Of a stretch of 64,000 nucleotides of DNA, positions 1 to 14,500 are shown one piece after another. How positions within the stretch are numbered: position 1 is the stretch's first letter; each line of letters starts with the position of its first letter. The stretch comes from Octopus vulgaris. Lineage: Eukaryota. Under the pieces are notes generated by a model. The model worked only from the letters and a program-made list of their open reading frames with translations. It made no database searches and was not told the origin of the DNA. Made by a program: the position numbers and the translations under genes. The DNA lies in NCBI GenBank assembly GCA_951406725.2, contig OX597820.1:100998001-101062000 (forward strand), given 5' to 3'.

Positions 1-1161
1 AAATATGTTCATTCAAAAATAAACTGGACACAGAGTAAAAACAAATACTGATAACAGAGGGAGATGTTAACGTTTTATTGATTCAACAGAAGGAAATAAT
101 GACAAGAAATATACAAAAATAGTTGTTGTAAGTCATTAAGAATGTCAATAGAAAAAAAAAATGGTTTTTTTCTAGAAAAAGGATTTTTTAAAAAATTAAA
201 TATTTAATTTCAGGCTAACAAATTCATGACTAAACTAACTGCAGTAATAAATTGATGGGTAGGCATTGAATAATAAAAATACAATGTATAAAAGGCCACG
301 TGTTGCATTAGAAGATAGAGTTACAGAATATGAGAAGAGAGGGTAAGCAACAGGAAATTGTGATAATTAAAAAATTAGGTACACAGTGTGTGTGTATATA
401 TAAACATTTCATTTATTTTTACATTCTTGTCTTTAAAATTTCTATATTTAACATAAAAAAATAAATTATATTTACAAAGTTTAAAGTAACAAAGAAAAAA
501 TGTTTATATACAATAAAAAGGATTACATGTTTTTTTTTTACTTCTATTTTTCTTACATTTTCAAACAATCTCTAAGACGAAAAAAACATCTCCAATAATT
601 GTCAATTTAAGGGAAGGCAAAAAAAAAAGCATAAAAATGAACCATAAGTTACAATGTCAGCAGAGAGCACAACATGCTGACATTAGATGGAAGCAAACAA
701 ACTCTACATATGGTAGCAGAGGCTGCTGTAGTGACTACATTTACACAACTAACTCTGTTCGTGTCTTTTAACAAGATTTCCATCAACAAAAGCAAATATA
801 CCTTCTATTTTTTTTTTCAATAAACGATAACTTATTTGATAAAATATAACATTTTTCCTTCTTCTTTTCTTTTTCACCATTTTTGAATACTTGTCTTCCC
901 TTTCTAGTTAAGATGCGATTTAAAAAAAAAAAGAAAACAAATAACAAAAGAGGCAGCAAAAAAAAAAAGAAATCTTCTCAATAACAGATAGAAGAAACAA
1001 ATCTCAGCTGCAATATTTGGCACCATTCTGATACTAACACATACACACATTCACTCACACACACTTACACACATGCTCCCACACAAAAACGCATACACGA
1101 CACAAAGTTGTGATTTTTTTAGTACCAGCTTATTGATTAAGTTATAAAATAGTTTTAACTG
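1..1161 (-). other. Probable SAS-6 3' UTR with candidate AATAAA signals
   Basis: U-rich non-repeat sequence downstream of the stop; minus-strand AATAAA at 417-412 and 79-74; the site actually used cannot be determined. Confidence 0.55.
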
Positions 1162-1390
1162 TCAAGACGGTTTTGTTTTAAGAGGGAAATAAGAAGAGGC
1201 CAATGGTGGCTGGATAGGACGATTTATGTTAAGATGTGCAGGTAACCTGGATGATGTCAGGATGGGAATTGGAAGGGAAGGCACTGAATGGTTCTTGTTT
1301 GGAGGTATCCCAACTGTGGATTTAACTGGATTTTGATGAGGATCTGCTTCATTTCCTTTGGAAGATATATGACCATTATGGATTATGTCC
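1162..1390 (-). CDS. SASS6: SAS-6 terminal coding exon 16
   Basis: (K)[30 protein letters not shown]...[16 protein letters not shown]; ccctAG acceptor; TGA at 1164-1162; SSYFP resembles human SAYFP. Confidence 0.88.
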
Positions 1391-4128
1391 CTAGGGAAAG
1401 AAAATAAAAGGCAAAAACAAGTTTAAATATGTCATATCAGTGAGACAGTAGAGTGCGATTTCAGCAATATTTTCAAGGAAACAAATATTTCTCCTAGTCT
1501 TTCAACAATGAATAACTCCAAAGCCAGAGATGTTTCTACAGAGGATTGCAAAGAATGATACTGTTTACATCAATGGAGGAAAAAACACTTACACGCACAC
1601 ATCATCATCATCATCATCATTTTAACATCCACATGTCCAGGCTTGCATGGGTCAGGCAAAGTTTATTGAGGCAGATTTTCTATAGCTGGATGCCCTTCTT
1701 ATTTCTTTATTGCCCACAAGGGGCTAAACATAGAGGGGACAAACAAGGACAGACATAGGGATTAAGTTGATTATAACAATCCCAGTGCGTAACTGGTACT
1801 TATTTAATCGACCCTGAAAGGATGAAAGGCAAAGTCGATCTCGGCGGAATTTGAACTCAGAACGTAGCGGCAGACGAAAAACCATTAAGCATTTCGTCTG
1901 GCGTGCTAACGTTTCTGCCAGCTCACCGCCTTTTTCTGGATGCCCTTCTTGTTGCCAACCCTTACCGGTTTCCAAGTAAAGAAATATTTCTCCGAAACCA
2001 AAAATGTCTTCATAGAATACCAGAACTGAATCACATTTATTTAAAATAATCATGTGAGATCAAGACATGAAGACTTTATACACGCAACAGCTACAGTAGA
2101 AAACACCAGCCAATAAAGCCACACAGCTGAAATGAACCTGAAACTACACGGTTGGAAAGCAAACTTCTTAATCACACAGCCATGCTTGTACCTATATATA
2201 GACTAGGCACAGGAAGGCTGTTTCCTTCCCAGCTACATGGTTCCAGGTTTAGTCCCACAGCATGGCATCTAGTGCAAAAGTGTCTTCTCCTATAGCCCAG
2301 GGCCAACTAAAACCGGAGTGAATTTGGTAGATGGAAGCTGAAAGAAGCCTGTCATTCATACATACATTATATGATAGCTGTAAAAGGATAGTCACTGCCA
2401 TACAAGCAGTGTCATTCATTTCCAATATTCCATGAGAAAATATCACCATGGGGAAATATTACCTTGCTTAAAAATGTGTGTGTGTCTGTGTGTACATACA
2501 GGGTGGGGAAGCAAAACTTGGAATATTTTGGAAGCTTTATTTTTCATACATTCCTGAGCGTAAATACTAAAATATTGTTTTCTATTTCAGGGTGGATGTA
2601 TATAGAGTTAATTTAAGCAGAAGTTCCAGTCATACGATCTAACATGTCCACTTAAGAAGCCAAGAGACAAAGCATTGCTGGCTACCCGCATGGTTCTTGG
2701 TCTCAAGCATTTGTCTTATGAAGAAAGGCTGAAGACGCTCGACCTTTATTCTCTAGAAAAACGCCGCCGCCGTGATCTCATTCTTGCTCACAACATAAGC
2801 GGAAAATGTAACCTCTCGAAAGAGCTGTTCTTCACTCCTGCTCCAAAACGTCGGCTGCGGGGTCACTCCGAAAAGCTCTATTTGCGACGATTTCATCTCA
2901 ATCGAAGGAGAGGGGCTTTCTCCATCTGGGTTGCGGATCCGTGGAATAAGCTGCCGGACGAGATAGTGAAGATGCCAATGACCGCTCGGTTCAGTCTCCC
3001 TTGACCACAAATGGCCTGAACTCTTTGCATGAACATCACCCTGTACATAACTCCATGTCCCCCTACATGGCCTTGTTTTTTGCTTTTTGAGCCAAAAAAT
3101 TAACTTAACTTAACTTAAGATTTGCTTCGTGCCAGGGTTGCAATTAGACATATTGCTCAGACTGTTGGGGTCTCTGTGACCACTGTTGGATATTGGAGGC
3201 ATCAAGAGAAAGCAAGGAAGTGAAGACATAAATAAAAAAGGGATAATGCATTTCTTAAATCTCTCAGAGCCAAAAATTTCGAAAGACCCAACAACATCCA
3301 TCAGAAAACTGTCCATGGACATGAAGGTTGATCCAAAGATCATCAGAAATGCTGTACATACTGATTTACATTTGGAGTCATACGTGAGCACCCCAATGAA
3401 GGCCAAAAGGCAAGAAAGAACCAAAAAAGTGTTATGATACCTGAAGCACAATGGACAAACCATCGAAATCTTTTCAGATGAAAGTATCTTTACCGTTGAT
3501 GCTGTTTTAAAATGTTGCAATGATCGATACATTGCTAGGTCACCTTTGGAAGTAAAGGGCATCTTTAAAGACCAAGCCCCCAGTTCATGTTATGATACTG
3601 GGAGTCACGGCGTCTGACAGAAAAAAAAAGATGCCTATCCATTTTTTCAAGTCTGGGGAAAAGGTGGGAGCTGAAGTCCTGTGGTATAAGGTTATGCTTT
3701 GGCTTAAGTCTAACAATCCCAACGGTAATTATGTGTAGACCCAAGATGATTATCCTGTTGATACGGTGAAAAAAAGTGCAGAAATTCTGTGAAGAGAACT
3801 TCACCAACTTTTGGCCTGCCAACTTCTAGCTTTCTTTCAGCCCAGACTTGAACTCCCTGAACTATGCAATACGGGACAAATTGGAGCACTCTACCAACAG
3901 AATTTCGCATACGAGTCTTGATCATTTTACGCAAATCTTGAGGGAAGAGTGGGGCAACATGTCTGAGTACTTCATCTTGAAGAGTTGTGATGCCTTCAGG
4001 TGGCATGCAAAGGTTGCAGTGGACAATGAAGGCAGACATATTGAATACCCCTATAAACTTGTGTTAAAATTATATTTTATGTCAGGTTACTGGTTGTAAT
4101 ATAAACAATTTGCTTCCCCACCCTCTCT

Positions 4129-4159
<31 letters not shown>

Positions 4160-4541
4160 ACAAAGGGTAAAATTAATTAATTGAGAATTAATCAATAATT
4201 TCACCAAGTAGAATTCGGCATGAAAAAAGGACCATTTCATGGTAAACTTAAGTAATACTTAATAATTAGGGTTCAGCAAAGATTTGCTTTACCATATACC
4301 GAAGTTTAGAAATAGCAGCCAAAAAAACCTTAGCTATTTCTTCTACTTTAAAAAGGGACTCTCAGAGAAACCAAAATACTTGAAAACAATTCACACAGGC
4401 AGAGAGGAAAGCAACGAAAATCAATCAATATCTGGTCATCCATGGACGCGCGTTTCGGAATTCGTAGAAGAAATAGCTAAGGTTTTTTGGCTGCTATTTC
4501 TAAATGTGGCAAAGCAAATCTTTGCTGAACCCTAATTATTA

Positions 4542-4588
<47 letters not shown>

Positions 4589-5071
4589 GACAAGTGTGTG
4601 TGTGTGTGTATGCATACATATATTTCCAAATACATAGAATTATCTGAAATTCTAATTGAAATGATAAAATTCACAAACATACTTTTCTGGTTCTCTTGAT
4701 GAAGCCAAAATTGGAGAGCTTTCCTCAATGAGAGCTCCTGGCTGGCAAGGAGGTCTACAATCTTCGGCAATTGGTGATATGACTCTGTTTTGGGGAGGCT
4801 GTGCAATATTTAATCTCCGAGAGGCTATGCCATTATACTGAACCTAAAGAAAAAAAAAAAACCAAGATAGATCAACGACTGAACATTTAAAGCTTAAAAT
4901 AAGCAACACTTTCTAGTTTATGTCAACATAAATTCAAGTAAAACTTTTTCAATAACTTTGCCTTTCATCCTTTTAAGATCAATAAAATAAGGATCAGTCA
5001 AGCACTGGGGTCAATGTAATTGACTAGCCCTTTCCTTCAAAATTTCAGGCCTTTCGCCTATTATAGATAGG

Positions 5072-5110
<39 letters not shown>

Positions 5111-6204
5111 GAAGGTGGCAAACTGGCAGAATTGCTAAAATGCTGGAAAAGTGCCTAGCAGTATTTCTTTTAATTTATGTTCTGAGTTCGAATGCTGCAA
5201 GGATCGACTCTACCTTTCATCCTTTTGTAGGGTTGATAAAATAAGTACCAGTTGAGCACAGGCTTAATGTAATCAACTTACCTACCTCTCTAAACTTGCT
5301 GGCCTTGTGCCAAAATTTGAAACCGTTATCATTATTATTATCATCATTACTAAGGTGGTGAGATGGCAGAATTGTTAGCATGTTAGACAAAATACTTAGA
5401 GGCATTTCATCTGTCTTTATGTTCTGTGTTCAAATTCCACCAAGGTCAACTGTACTTGTCATCCTTTTGTGGACAACAGAATGTGTATTAGTTAAAATTT
5501 GGGGTCAATGTAATCAACTAGCCCCACACCTACCAAATTTCAGGCCTTGTGCCTATAGTAGAAATGATTATTCTTTTATTCTTTTACTTGTTTCAGTCAT
5601 TTGACTGTGGCCATGCTGGTTCACTGCTTTTCGTCAAACAAATCAGCCCCAGAACTTATTCTTTGTAAGCCTAATACTTATTCAATCAGTGTCTTTTGCA
5701 GAATCACTAGGTTACGGGGACATAAACACACCAACATTGGTTGTCAAGCGATGGTGGTGGGACAAACACAGACACAAACACAAAAATATATACATACATG
5801 TATATACACAACAGGCTTCTTTCAGTTTCCGTGTATCAAATCCACTCACAAGGCTTTGGTCAGCCCGAGGCTATAGTAGAAGACACTTGCCCAAGGTGTC
5901 ATGCAGTGGGACTGAACCCAGAAACGTGGTTGGGAAGCAAGCTTCTTCTTTCTTTATTGTCTACAAGGGGCTAAACATAGAGGGGACAAACAAGGACAGA
6001 CAAAGGGATTAAGTCGATTATATCAAACCAGTGCATAACTGGTACTTAATTTATCGACCCCGAAAGGATGAAAGGCAAAGTTGACCTCGGCGGAATTTGA
6101 ACTCAGAACGTAATGGCAGATTAAATACCGCTAAGCATTTTGTCCGGCGTGCTAATGTTTCTGCCAGCTCACCACCTCTTACCACACAGCCACTCCTGCA
6201 CCTA

Positions 6205-6242
<38 letters not shown>

Positions 6243-6908
6243 ATTATACACAAAATAAGTAAGGCGGCGACCTGGTAGAATGAATTTTGTACATGGAAAC
6301 TGTACGAAACTCATATATATATATATATATATATATACACAAACACACATATATATATTCTTCATCCTCCTCCTAAACATCATCATCCTCATCACCACCA
6401 CCACCACCACCAACATCATCAACATCATCATCATCATCAACATTTAATAGCCATTTTTCTATGCTGGCATGGGTTGGAATGCTTGACATGAGCTGGCAAG
6501 GCCAGGGGCTGCACCAGGTTCCACAGTCTGTCTGTCTTGGCTTGGTTTCCACAGCTAGATGCCCTTCCAAACACCAACAACTTTACAGGCCATACTGGAT
6601 GCTTTTTATGTGGCACCAGCACCCACATCAATGCCATTTTTTAATGTGACACCTTGGTTTTCAGATATCAATTTTGTTGTGGTGGGTGGGTTTCAAATAT
6701 TGGCGCAAGGCCAGCAAGTTCGGGGCAGGGAGCCAGTCAGGTATATTGATCGCAGTGTTCAACTAGTACTTATTTTATTGACCCCAGAAAGATGAATGAA
6801 AGGCAAAGTGGGCTCTGGCAGAATTTGAACTCAGGATGTATAGATGGATGAAATGCCATGAAGGATTTTGCCCTGCATGCTAACAATTCTGCCAGCTAGC
6901 TGCCTTGC

Positions 6909-7002
<94 letters not shown>

Positions 7003-7560
7003 ATGCCCTGATGCAGTACCAGGCAGCGGCTCTCATGGCTTCTGATCTTAACTGACTGGAAGTGTTATCATGTACATTGTTTTGTCTTGGTATAAAAGAT
7101 GGGCTACAGCAAATATTTTGCTCAATATCACAGATCTGCTTGTCAGTTGTTTGACCTTAACCAGTTGAGCATGTCCCTTAGTGGCTGACGATGTCTGCAT
7201 CTCTGATCACGAGCAGAAGTAATGGGGGAGCATCATAGCCATGTGTTGAGAGGGATTCTTTGGGGTTTGAATAATTCACCTCTGGAAACATGGGTGGTTC
7301 TTTCAACATCCTTAAACAATCTTCATTCAGGGACCTTTTGAACGGGATGGGGTATATTTAACCTTTAGAAAATTATAACTGGGCTCCACCTGCAAGGTCA
7401 TGTGCTGTTTATCTTGATATGAGATCACCATGTCGCGCACATATGGTTGTGATGCATGTGCCTGGTGTACCCTTATCAGACGGGTAGTCATGATGGGTAT
7501 ATTGGGCTTCGTATATTTTACCCCAGTGTCACTTTGAAGGCATGAACTGCTCTCTCACTC

Positions 7561-7593
<33 letters not shown>

Positions 7594-7835
7594 TATAATA
7601 ATGATGATAATAATTATAATGGTTTCAAATTTTGCTACAACGGCAGAAGTTTTGAAGGAGGGGATGAGTCGATTACATCAACCCCAGTGTTCAACTGGTA
7701 CTTATTTTATCGACCCCAAAAGGATGAAAGGCAAACTCGACCACAGTAGAATTTGAACGCAGAATGTAGTGATGGGCAAAACACTGTTAAGCATTTCGTC
7801 CAGCATGCTAATGATTCTGCCAACTTGCCACCTTT

Positions 7836-7874
<39 letters not shown>

Positions 7875-8034
7875 GGCGCAGAAGTGGCTGTGTGGTAAGT
7901 AGCTTGTCTACCAACCACATGATTCCGGGTTCAGTCCCACTGCGTGGCACATTGGGCAAGTGTCTTCTACTATAGCATCGGGCCAATCAAAGCCTTGTGA
8001 GTGGATTTGGTAGACAGAAACTGAAAGAAGCCCG

Positions 8035-8069
<35 letters not shown>

Positions 8070-8558
8070 TGTGTGTGTTTGTGTGTTTGTGTTTGTCCCT
8101 CTAGCATTGCTTGACAACCGATGCTGGTGTGTTTATGTCCCCGTTAATTAGCGGTTCGGCAAAAGAGACCAATAGAATAAGTACTGGGCTTACAAAAGAA
8201 TAAGTCCCGGGGTCGAGTTGCTTGATTAAAGGCGGTGCTCCAGCATGGCCACAGTCAAATGACTGAAACAAGTAAAAGCGTAAAAGAGAATAATAATAAT
8301 AATAGTGGTGGTGGTGGTTATGGTGACAATAGTAGTGGTTGTTTTAGATAATGATGCTGATAATGGCTGGTATTTGATGATAACAGTAGAAAAATAAATA
8401 ATGGCAGTTGGTGGTAGTGGTGGTGGTGGGTGTGTAAGGGAATAAGTAATGGTACTGTTAATCATTAATGATGGTAATACTTAAGAAGCAAAAATGGTGT
8501 TCAATGCTCATGTTTTCAAACAACCTTTGAGCATTTTTGTCGAGAAACATTGATAATG

Positions 8559-8591
<33 letters not shown>

Positions 8592-11500
8592 CTAATTAAT
8601 ACATTTCAATGATGCTCCTTGTTTACACATCGCTGTTTACTAAATTTCATGCCTAAACATTGGCTTTATATTTACCATGTTATTAATTATCTACTTCTCT
8701 AAAGACAAACTTGCTCTTCTAATTATCTTCACATATTATTTACATTCGGTTAGCTAAGTTCCTGAGTGTTGAGTGTTTGTTTATTCATTATCTTCCTGTC
8801 TGTTTTATGATCAATAGCTAGTTTGGCTAGTCAAATTTTTTTGGGGTCTTTATATATATATATATATATAGGCGCAGGAGTGGCTGTGTGGTAAGTAGCT
8901 TGCTAACCAACCACATGGTTCCGGGTTCAGTCCCACTGCGTGGCATCTTGGGCAAGTGTCTTCTGCTATAGACCAATGCCTTGTGAGTGGATTTGGTAGA
9001 CGGAAACTGAAAGAAGCCTGTCGTATATATATACATATATATATGTATGTGTGTGTATGTGTTTGTGTGTCTGTGTTTGTCTCCCTAGCATTGCTTGACA
9101 ACCGATGGTGGTGTGTTTACGTCCCCGTCACTTAGCGGTTCAGCAAAAAGAGACCGATAAAATAAGTACTAAAAAGGCGGTGCTCCAGCATGGCCACAGT
9201 CAAATGACTGAAACAAGTAAAAGAGTAAAAGAGTAATATATCATCATCATCATCATCATCATCGTTTTATGTCCGTTCTCCATGCTAGCATGGGTTGGAC
9301 GGTTCGACCAGGGATCTGGGAAGCCAGAAGGCTGTACCAGGCTCCAGTCTGATCTGGCAGTGTTTCTACAGCTGGATGCCCTTCCTAACGCCAACCACTC
9401 CATGAGTGTAGTGGGTGCTTTTTACGTGCCACCGGCACAAGTGCCAGGCGGGGCTGGCAATGGCCACAATCGGATTGGTGCTTTTTACGTGCCACCGGCA
9501 CAGAAGCCAGTCAAGGCAGCGCTGGCATCGGCCACATTCGGATGGTGCTTTTTACGTGCCACCGGCACGGAAGTCAGTCTGGCTGGCGCTGGCATCAGCT
9601 ACGCTTGGATGGTGCTTTTTACATGCCACTGGCATGGCGGTGCTGGCATCGGCTACGTTCGGATGGTGCTTTTTACGTGCCACTGGCACAGGGATCACAA
9701 CTGCAGTTTCCATTGATTTTTTATGTTGGTGTACTTGACTCAATGGATCTCCTCAAGCACAGGGTCGAAACGGTGTTTCTTTACTTGCCACCTGCACAGC
9801 GGCCCTGGCAACTGCCGGGTGCCAGTCATAGGATTGGTTCAATTTCGATTCCGATTTCACTTGCCCCAACAGGTCTTCACAAGCAGAGTTTAGCAGAGTT
9901 TAGTGTCCAATGAAGGGAGGTTGGCATGGGTGCCTGTCGTCGGATGAGGTTCAATTTCAAATTTGATTTCGACTTCGCTTGCCTCAACAGGTCTTCGTGT
10001 GCCCAAGGAAGGAAAGGCATAAGTGGGCTGGCTACATCCCTGGCAAGGGACATGGGATGGACTCACTTGTCCTGCCGGGTCTTATATATATATATAAATA
10101 TCTTATAATTAACTCATTGGACTGTGACTGTACTGGGGTACCATCTTGAACAGTTTAGTTGAACAAATTGACCTGGTTACTTATTTCTTTGTTTTCTGTT
10201 TTTTTCTCTTCTGCTTCTGATTCGCTTAGTCTTTTGTCAAGCCACTAAGTTATGTGGATGTAAACAAAACAACCCCTGCTTGTTAAGTGGTGGAATTGAG
10301 GATGCATACACAAAGGACATCATCATCATCGTTTAACGTCTGCCTTCCGTGCTGGCAAGGGTCGGACAGATATGAGAGGAGCTGGCCAAGCAGGTGCCTG
10401 CACCAGACGTCTGTATCTGTTTTAGCAGGACTTTTACGACCGGATGCTCTTCCTAATACCAACCAACCAGCTGAGTGTATGTATATATATATATATATAT
10501 GAATGTATATATCATCATCATCATTTAACGTCTGCTTTCCATGCTAGCATGGGTTGGAAGATTTAACTGAGGACTGGTGAACCAGATGGCTGCACCAGGC
10601 TCCAACCTGATCGGGCAGAGTTTCTACAGTTGGATGCCCTTCCTAATGCCAACCACTCTGAGAGTGTAATGGGTGCTAACTCCAGTTGCTTCAGGTTGAA
10701 GATGATCTTTGGTATTGCTTTGGAGTGACCAGATATTCTACACATGCAAATTTTATTACAGTGTAAATGTCGGGTAATTTATCCATTTTCTTTGGTGGAA
10801 ATTTTTATATGAAAGAAACTTGTAGAGATCTGTAATCTCCATCCAGCTTCTGTATGTTCCTGCTTCAGTCAAATATCATACTGAAACTCCATTGACTCCA
10901 TTTGAAACTCTTCAAAAAAAGAACAAAAAAAAATGAAGAATTTCAGATGAAGTCCACTGATTTTGCTACTCTACTGATCAACATCCATGATCAGTGGAAT
11001 AGCAGAAAATATAAATTCTTTTACTAATATGAGAGATGTAGTACAAACAAATACTGAACATCTGGTTATAACAACACAAAAGCACATGGGTGCTTTTACG
11101 TTGCACCACACAGGTGCTTTTATGTGGCACCGCACAAGCACTTTTACTTGGAGTCGCATGACACCGCATGAGTGCTTTTATGTGGCACCACACAGATGCT
11201 TTTATGTGGCACCGCACAGGTGCTTTTATGTGGCACCGCACAGGTGCTTTTATGTGGCACTGCACAAGCACTTCTACTTGGAGTCGCATGACACCGCATG
11301 AGTGCTTTTATGTGGCACCACACAGATGCTTTTACATGGTACCACACAGGCACTTTTACGTGGCACCATTACAAATGTTTTACACCACCAGCAGGATCAA
11401 TCTAATTCAATTACATTGACTCCCAGTATTAAACTGGCAAGCTGACAGACACAGGAGTTGATTAGATTCTAATTAGAAATTTGATTTTAAAATTCATCTT

Positions 11501-14500
11501 CAGTAAAAGAAAATATGGTGTCCAAACAATACAAGACAGAAAGGATGACTTGCAATGTATAAGTTTACATGCACTGTCTCATCCATTCCCAAAACAAAAT
11601 AACTGAATGAAAATAGTTACAAACATCCAATCAACAAGGAAGTCTCTGGGAGAAATAGCAGCTAAAATCACCCCAACTCACAAGCTACCATCTTGAGAAA
11701 AGAAGTAAGAGATACTGAATAATGTAGCCCAAGTGGTAGAATACCTGAAAAAAATATGATAACAGCTAGAATGTCAAAGATAACAAATTTACTCAATCAA
11801 AGCTGACCTAGGTTGAACAGTAACACCCACTATGACACTGGTTTCAAATTTTGGCACAAGGCCAGTAATTTCAGGGGAGTGGGTACTCCACTGGCACTTA
11901 TTTTATCAGCCCACAAAGGATAAAAGGCGAAGTCAACCTTGGCAGAATTTGAACTCAGAATATAAAGACGGACAAAATGCCACTGAGCATTTTACCTGGC
12001 AGGCTAATAATTCTGCCCACTCACTGCCTCAAACCACTGATTAGATATTGCAAATTATATTTCATTGTTGGCAGTACCTCAGTATAGCCACAGTGGAAAC
12101 AGCAGAAACCAGGGCATGAGTTACGGAGAAAGAATATCAAGCTGTTTAATACCTGAGGTTTTGAACTGATATTTTGGCTTTTGGTTAAATGTACTTGAGA
12201 TGCTATGTTGTTGACGTCCTGGGTTGGATATCTTGAGGATGGATTCAAATTGGAAGGCAGAAATCCTGGCTGAAATAATGAAACAGAATAAAGATATTCA
12301 ATAAAATATCATTAGCTTTTCATAAGATAACAAAGAGAGGCAGCTGGTTTATAGGGTGTCAATTTACAGGTTGAACCTCATTACTAGTACTATGCTGAAT
12401 ACCTAGACAGACACATTTAACACACATTTGAAAAGTCTATCTAACAATATATAAATACTATAGTGTACATAGTTACCAGTAGAACACTGGGATAACTTTT
12501 CATTTAATGTCTATGTTCTTGGGGTGACTTTCTTTGTTAGATAAATGTCCTAAATGTTTACCAGACAAAAAAAAAGCAGAAGACTTTGATAAAACAGCTT
12601 ACTTTTGGTAACCTGCTTCAATCATGTTTCGCTTTACAACCCACTATGATACTGATTTCAAAATTTTGGCACAAGGCCAGCACGTTCTGAGCAAGGGTTA
12701 AGCCAATTACATCAACCCTAGTATTTGACTGGTACCTATGTTACCAACCCCGAAAGGATGAAACGCAAAGTAGACCCTGAAAGAATGAAAGGCAAAGTCG
12801 ACCTAGGTGGAATTTGAACTCAGAACGTAAAGACAGATGAAATGCTGCTAAGCATTTTCCCAGTGTGCTAATGATTCCACCAGCTCACCACCTTAGAACC
12901 ACTATAATATCCATGCACATTTGATCTAGCCATGTATGGCCTCTCTACTAATGTGTACCCTTAAATATCAATAAAATATTAGCGACAGGAAATCCATGAC
13001 AACCCAATTCAAGGGACCTGAGGTATATTTAAAAATGAAAAAAGAAATAATAATAATAATAATAATGATTATAAGATAAAAAAAATTGCACTTACTGCAG
13101 CCATGGCAACATGATTTCTGAAGGCTCCACTGCCTGCAGTGGATTGGGTGCTGTTATGACTAGTTTCAAATGTTGTTGTTGTTCGGCCACTACTAGAGAG
13201 CTGGACTTCATTTACTTGCTTGTTGAGCCATTGAATCACTAGAATAGAAGAGTTTGGCAATGTTTTACCAACATAGAGCATTTCACAATGTCAAACACTG
13301 CATACTGCATACAACACTAGATGATGTATACTATACATACAATACGACCTATTTCTTTACTACCCACAAGGGGCTAAACTCAGAGGGGACAAACAAGGAC
13401 AGACACACGGATTAAGTCGATTATATCAACCCCAGTGCGTAACTGGTATTTATTTAATCGACCCCGAAAGGATGAAAGGCAAAGTCGACCTCGACGGAAT
13501 TTGAACTCAGAATGTAATGGCAGATGAAATACAGCTACACATTTCGCCCGGTGTGCTAACGTTTCTGCCAGCTCGCCGCCTTCATACAATACTACCTGAT
13601 ACTATACACACAACACTGAATGATGCACATGCAATGATAAATGATCACCATACAATGCCAGATGTTGTATGTACTATGACAAATGGTATGCATATAACAT
13701 CAGATGATGCACATACCATGCTAAATGATACACACACCACACCAGATGATAAACATATACACCAATAAATGACATATGTACGACACCAGATTCTGTACAT
13801 GTGATACTAGATGATACACATACAACAGCAGAGACTATAAAATGACAGATGAAGCATACGCAATGATAAATGATGCACATATAGTGAAAGACACTGCACA
13901 TACAACACCAGAGATGGTACATACACAACAATGGATGATGCACATACAATGATATATGATACACACAAAATGAAAGATTGTGCATATACAACAGCAGAGG
14001 ATACACATACAATGATAGATGATAAACATACAACAGCAGATATTGCACTTATAATACTAGATGATGAACACGGTAATGACACCAACACAACACCAGATGC
14101 TGTACACACAATGATGTATGTATTTCTTTACTACCCACAAGGGGCTAAACACAGAGGGGACAAGCAAGGACAGACAAAGGGATTAAGTTGATTACATCAA
14201 CCCCATGCGAAACTGGTACTTTATTTATCGACCCCGAAAGGATGAAAGGCAAAGTCAATCTCGGCAGAATTTGAACTCAGAACGTAACGACAGACGAAAT
14301 ACCTATTTCTTTATTACCCACAAGGGGCTAAACACAGAGGGGACAAACAAGGACAGACATAGGTATTAAGTCGATTACATCGACCCCAGTGCGTAACTGG
14401 TACTTAATTTATCGACCCCGAAAGGATGAAAGGCAAAGTCGACCTCGGCGGAATTTGAACTCACAACGTAACGGCAGACAAAATACCGCTAGGCATTTCG

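Noticed and set aside
1391-1600. Extra SAS-6 exon between exons 15 and 16
   Set aside because: The best acceptor (near 1537) meets a stop within about 11 codons in the required phase, and exons 15 and 16 already join in frame.
3186-4099. Functional transposase
   Set aside because: Multiple stops and frameshifts, plus a LINE insertion in the element.
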